A stretch of DNA of 18,637 nt, from the NCBI GenBank assembly GCA_030539155.1, contig JAUNSP010000002.1, positions 34,081-52,717 on the forward strand, written 5' to 3'. Source of the stretch: Clostridia bacterium. GTDB taxonomy: Bacteria > Bacillota > Clostridia > TANB77 > CAG-508. The notes beneath the pieces are model-generated. The model saw only the letters and a list, made by a program, of their open reading frames with translations, was not told where the DNA came from and ran no database searches. Both the position numbers and the translations under genes were made by a program. Shown piece by piece: positions 14,919-18,637 of the stretch. Numbering within the stretch: the first letter of the stretch is position 1; each line of letters starts with the position of its first letter.

Positions 14919-14927
14919 GATATAATA
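14919..14927 (+). promoter_or_regulatory. Possible extended -10 promoter for the HExxH gene
   Basis: TGaTATAAT (TG at 14919-14920, TATAAT at 14922-14927) about 30 nt upstream of the ATG at 14956. No good -35. Confidence 0.3.
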
Positions 14928-14955
14928 GAAAAAAAGAAGAACTAAGGAGAATGTT

Positions 14956-16038
14956 ATGAATATAGAAAAAAAATTAAAAAAAGATGGAATAGAAATTATA
15001 TCACCCTTAAAATACTCAACTATACAAAATTTGGCGGATTCCATTTCGACAAATTTGTGTAATACGTTTCCTGAATTAAAGTTGGATTATTCTACAATTT
15101 ATGATAAATTGTCAAGTCTATCTATGTATTATATTACAATGCCTGAAGGTATGTCTGAAGCAAATTACCTTTATAGAAATTCATCTATCTATTTTAAATA
15201 TGGTTTAGAAGAGGAGCATCTTGAAAAATTTGCAACACACGAATGTTTACATTTTTTACAAACCATAACGGACGATAAAGGTCATCTTTTAAAGTTGGGC
15301 CTTTGCGACCTTTCTGGTTATAAGGTTTATGGTCTAGCATTAAACGAAGCAGCTGTTCAATATATGACATCTCAACTATTAAAAGAGCACAATGATACTG
15401 TTAAATATTACGGAATCTCATTTAACACATGCAGCCCACTTATCTATCCATTATTGTGTTGTCTAATTTCTCAAATGGCATATATTACAAGTGAATATAT
15501 ATTATTTAATAGTACATTTTTTTCTACGGAAAATTTCAAGAAAAAGTTCTCTGAATTATGCGGTAGTGAGAAAGTTTACAGAAAAATAGAAGAAAATTTT
15601 AATACAATTTTTTATACAGAAGAAAAAATAATTCAATTATCTAATAAATTGAGTGATGATAACTTAAAGGGAAAAAAGAATATCCTTCTAAAAATTGAAA
15701 AATTAAAGCAATATATCACTTCTACTTTTTTAGAAACCCAAAATTTAATATATTCTTCATACTTTAATAATTCCTTTGAATCATTATTCAATAAAGACTC
15801 CATATCAAATTTTAGGAATAAATTGTACCGATTTAAGAATTACTTAGGTACTGTCGAAGGAGATAATAGTTTTGACAATTATTATCTTGATATGATGATA
15901 AAACTTGATGATAGAGATAATGTATTACAAAACTCTACATATTTAACAACTATAAAATCAAGACATCCTCTTCTAATTATTCTTGATAAGTTACGAAATT
16001 TATTTACTAGAAAATCAATGGAAAATGAGGACTTATAA
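14956..16038 (+). CDS. Hypothetical cytoplasmic protein with an HExxH zinc-metallopeptidase-like motif
   Basis: 360-aa ORF with an AAGGAG SD and no signal peptide. HECLH at residues 95-99 (nt 15238-15252), followed by NEAAVQY (Glu131) as a possible third ligand. The C-terminal half is helical and K/N-rich. Confidence 0.6.
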   Translation: MNIEKKLKKDGIEIISPLKYSTIQNLADSISTNLCNTFPELKLDYSTIYDKLSSLSMYYITMPEGMSEANYLYRNSSIYFKYGLEEEHLEKFATHECLHFLQTITDDKGHLLKLGLCDLSGYKVYGLALNEAAVQYMTSQLLKEHNDTVKYYGISFNTCSPLIYPLLCCLISQMAYITSEYILFNSTFFSTENFKKKFSELCGSEKVYRKIEENFNTIFYTEEKIIQLSNKLSDDNLKGKKNILLKIEKLKQYITSTFLETQNLIYSSYFNNSFESLFNKDSISNFRNKLYRFKNYLGTVEGDNSFDNYYLDMMIKLDDRDNVLQNSTYLTTIKSRHPLLIILDKLRNLFTRKSMENEDL

Positions 16039-16093
16039 CTATTTTAACTCTCTCTCATTTCTGTTGAAATTTAGAATTTTTTACATAAACAAA

Positions 16094-16134
16094 ACGGGCA
16101 AATATTTACTATTTTTTACTAAATATTTGTCCGT
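16094..16134. terminator. Bidirectional terminator between convergent genes
   Basis: 15-bp stem with 1 mismatch: ACGGGCAAATATTTA (16094-16108) / TAAATATTTGTCCGT (16120-16134). T-rich loop and T-rich flanks on both strands. Confidence 0.6.
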
Positions 16135-16171
16135 GTATTTGTTTGTATTTGAATTTTTTTTCTTCATTTCC

Positions 16172-16891
16172 TTAACTGTTAGTCTTATTTAATGCATCAA
16201 CAATATCTAATACAATATCAGTTTCATTTCCAGCTTGATCTTTAATCTTCACAGTATATGACATGTTCGATATAAAAGTCTTTGTTAAATTCAACTTATC
16301 CTCTGATAAATTCCAACCTTCTAAATTTTGCAATGCTTCATTACTATTTATTTGTACATTTACTTCTCCATTAACATTTGTTTTTATAAGATTTAAAACT
16401 GCTGGCGCATTATCAACAAAAATATCTGTTGAAATCTCTGTTCTTACATTTTTATTCAAAAATGTATCCTCTATGCAGTTTTCTTCTATTTCTAATATAA
16501 TTTCTCCTTCATAAGGTACTTGTTGCAATGTTAAACTATATATAAGGAAGGTATTTTGTTGATCTTTTAAATCAAGTGTAACACTTTCACTTTTGATATA
16601 TTCATCTCCAACTTTAATTTTTATATCTTCTTTTAATAGTTTTGTATTTTCACAAATATTCGATTCTTGCAATTTTAAATCTATCGTTATATCATTCTTA
16701 ATTAAATTTATATACTTTTCTTGTATATTTTGCATTTTTATCAAAGGGGGAATGGTATCTTTAATATCTATATTTATAACTTCCTTATCATAACTATATG
16801 AGTATTTACCATACACTATATCAATAAGTATAATCGTAATTACTAAAATACATATCACTACTAATAATAAATTTTTTATTAATTTCCTCAA
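16172..16891 (-). CDS. Secreted or membrane-anchored accessory protein of the SipW cluster, with a C-terminal Ig-like region
   Basis: TTG start with a GAGGAGG SD. N-terminal signal/anchor ends in YGKY, like the FSKY of the two upstream paralogues. The C-terminus (GW.LSEDKL.LTKTF..N..YTVKIKDQAGNETDIVLDI) resembles the D.AGN pattern of surface Ig-like domains. Confidence 0.55.
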   Translation of the reverse strand: MRKLIKNLLLVVICILVITIILIDIVYGKYSYSYDKEVINIDIKDTIPPLIKMQNIQEKYINLIKNDITIDLKLQESNICENTKLLKEDIKIKVGDEYIKSESVTLDLKDQQNTFLIYSLTLQQVPYEGEIILEIEENCIEDTFLNKNVRTEISTDIFVDNAPAVLNLIKTNVNGEVNVQINSNEALQNLEGWNLSEDKLNLTKTFISNMSYTVKIKDQAGNETDIVLDIVDALNKTNS

Positions 16892-16904
16892 AACTACCTC
16901 CTCA

Positions 16905-17381
16905 TTAAATTATTTGTTCAGCATATACATTTAATCCTATTTTACCTATTTGTCTTGTTTGTAAATCACCTTTATATATTACTTCCATTTTATACTTATC
17001 TTCTTTTTTATTTGTATCTAATTGTATAAAATCTGTTTTTCCTTCATTTAATGATATCTCTTCTTCTCCTTTGTATAGTCTTATTTGTATATCTTTTAAC
17101 GTGTTTTGTATTTCAATTTTATACTTCATGCTAACTTGGCTTATCTGTTCCTCTCTAAAATTTCGTACACTAAAATAATATATATTTTCCATCTTTTCAT
17201 TTGTTATATTCACATTCTCCCCATAATTTATTAGAAAAATAGGGGTTGCTATTTCCCCTACTCCTCTACCAAATACCTTTTTATGATATTTCGAAAATGT
17301 GAATTTACTATTACAAATAAATATTATTAATATAAAAGATATCAACAAAATAAATATTATATATCTCCTTATTTCTTTCAT
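16905..17381 (-). CDS. Small TasA/camelysin-like secreted protein (putative minor fibre subunit)
   Basis: Signal/anchor followed by FSKYHKKVFGRGVGEIATPIF, which aligns with FSKYISEVDGHTKGSVAKWKF of the 17890-18486 protein. It also shares YKIEIQN/YKVEFDN and a C-terminal LNVYAEQ strand, comparable to the TasA ..F.FEATQ ending. Confidence 0.55.
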   Translation of the reverse strand: MKEIRRYIIFILLISFILIIFICNSKFTFSKYHKKVFGRGVGEIATPIFLINYGENVNITNEKMENIYYFSVRNFREEQISQVSMKYKIEIQNTLKDIQIRLYKGEEEISLNEGKTDFIQLDTNKKEDKYKMEVIYKGDLQTRQIGKIGLNVYAEQII

Positions 17382-17463
17382 AAATTCTCCATTTCTCTAT
17401 TTTACTTTTTTTCTCTTTAACAATATTATATAAATTATTAAAAGTGACATTATTATATATCTA

Positions 17464-17862
17464 CTATTCATTATTAATAATCCGCAAGGTTTTTGAATGA
17501 AATATAACCTTTCCCTCTATATGTATATCGTCTACTTTTTCTACATCTTTAGCATTATTAAAATCACCTTTAGTTATATATAAATCCCCTTGCTTTTCTA
17601 TAATTCTATGAGTTATAAAATACTTATCATTAATTTTATATGTAATAATGTCACCTATTTGATAGTCATCATATTTTTTTATTAATATTGCATCACCCAT
17701 AAATAATTCTGGTTGCATACTTCCAGAATTTACAAGAAATACGCCCATATTAAAAAACTTTATATTCTTTTTTAAAACAACTTTTTTATATAATGCACTA
17801 GCCACAAATAATATTAATAATACTGCTATAATTAAACTTAAAATTTTTATCACTTTTTTCAA
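17464..17862 (-). CDS. sipW: SipW-type (ER/archaeal-type, Ser-His) signal peptidase I
   Basis: N-terminal TM anchor, SGSMQP (catalytic Ser box), ITHRII (His box rather than the Lys box) and KGDFNN (GDN box). Small size (132 aa) and embedded among TasA-like genes. TTG start. Confidence 0.75.
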   Translation of the reverse strand: MKKVIKILSLIIAVLLILFVASALYKKVVLKKNIKFFNMGVFLVNSGSMQPELFMGDAILIKKYDDYQIGDIITYKINDKYFITHRIIEKQGDLYITKGDFNNAKDVEKVDDIHIEGKVIFHSKTLRIINNE

Positions 17863-17889
17863 AATTAATCATTCTCTCTTTTATATTCT

Positions 17890-18486
17890 TTAAACTGGCA
17901 TTAACTGGGTTCCTGATATTACAATATCAAAGGTATAATTTTGTATTAGTTCACCCTCACTCGTATCTGTCATATCACTTGAATTTATTTGCGACTGATT
18001 TGAACCAGTTTCAAAATCCCAGACCCAACCAATAGTTAAAACTTTTATTTTTTCCGGATCATTCGCTGCTATTTCTCCCTTTAGTACATTTTCCAATCCC
18101 TCTAAAGTTTCAATCATAACACCATTATACATAAATTTTAGATTAGTTGGTTTACTTGCTTCATTATCAAATTCTACCTTATAACCAACCCCTGTTTCAC
18201 TTTCACTCGCATCAATTATTATATCAAAACCTCCTGATGTACCTGGTGCTATTTTCTCATCTACCAATGTTTCAGGAGATGCTGTTTGTGAAAGTGTAAA
18301 CGTTCCCAAGCAGTCCTCCGCTCCATTTACTCTAAATTTCCATTTTGCGACACTACCTTTAGTATGTCCATCCACTTCACTTATATATTTTGAAAAAGTA
18401 TTAATTGCTATAAAAGACATTAAGATTAAAATAATTAACCCCACCATTGACATTGCTTTTTTTATTTTTTTATTTCTCAATTTCAT
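17890..18486 (-). CDS. TasA/camelysin-like secreted protein (putative major fibre subunit)
   Basis: Basic n-region plus hydrophobic h-region ending in NTFSKY. KIAPGTSGGFDIIIDA resembles the TasA L.PGD....F.F.N strand. The C-terminal YTFDIVISGTQ resembles the TasA-family terminal F.F.ATQ strand. Strong AGGAGGA SD. Confidence 0.6.
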   Translation of the reverse strand: MKLRNKKIKKAMSMVGLIILILMSFIAINTFSKYISEVDGHTKGSVAKWKFRVNGAEDCLGTFTLSQTASPETLVDEKIAPGTSGGFDIIIDASESETGVGYKVEFDNEASKPTNLKFMYNGVMIETLEGLENVLKGEIAANDPEKIKVLTIGWVWDFETGSNQSQINSSDMTDTSEGELIQNYTFDIVISGTQLMPV

Positions 18487-18566
18487 AAAATCCTCCTATT
18501 TTTTATTTTTATTCCTCCAACCATCCATATGCAAATTCATGCAAAATTCCCTTCTCCTCCATTTTT

Positions 18567-18637
18567 TTATTTACCAGTTCTTGGTAATTTTATTACTTCT
18601 GTTTCCTGTACTTCTTGTGTTTCGTATATTTCTTGTG
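18567..18637 (-). CDS. C-terminal end of an unidentified upstream ORF entering from the window edge
   Basis: The minus-strand frame reads ...QEIYETQEVQETEVIKLPRTGK followed by a stop (TAA at 18567-18569). Only 23 codons are visible. Confidence 0.3.
   Translation of the reverse strand, partial: QEIYETQEVQETEVIKLPRTGK

Noticed and set aside
14619-15044. ORFs 14619-14849 (+) and 14823-15044 (-) in the sigH / HExxH-gene intergenic region
   Set aside because: They overlap the mapped promoter elements and 0A boxes or the 5' end of the HExxH gene, have no SD, and have F/I/L-rich composition. They are probably non-coding.
18567-18590. LPRTG motif at the end of the partial ORF (..IKLPRTGK then stop) as a sortase LPXTG sorting signal
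   Set aside because: A real sorting signal needs a hydrophobic segment and a basic tail after LPXTG. Here only one residue follows before the stop, and no alternative frame encodes a hydrophobic stretch. It is treated as coincidental unless the upstream sequence says otherwise.

Overview
Very AT-rich chromosomal segment from a spore-forming low-GC Firmicute (Clostridia-like); most genes are on the minus strand. Left to right: (1) the end of a type IV pilus cluster: PilD fragment, a 75-aa pilin, a membrane protein, a PilO-like protein and a PilM-PilN fusion. (2) A housekeeping/sporulation block: uppP, dpaA without dpaB, a membrane TPR protein, ppa, recG, and a class A PBP whose C-terminal PASTA domain is split off by a frameshift. 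(3) A cotJA-cotJB-cotJC spore-coat operon with cotJC frameshifted, convergent with sigH. (4) An orphan HExxH protein. (5) A minus-strand operon encoding a SipW-type signal peptidase and three secreted proteins, two of them TasA/camelysin-like. No rRNA, tRNA or CRISPR array was seen. The most unusual non-coding signal is a pair of related palindromic MITE-like elements, 290 bp and 245 bp. They have about 20-bp terminal inverted repeats and 8-bp target-site duplications, and share a conserved central hairpin with compensatory base changes. One copy sits exactly on the recG stop codon; the other lies between the PBP and cotJ promoter regions. Other signals: a 35-nt perfect palindrome present twice, tandem consensus Spo0A boxes upstream of sigH, and two single-base frameshifts. 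All calls come from reading the sequence and recalled family motifs; no searches were run.
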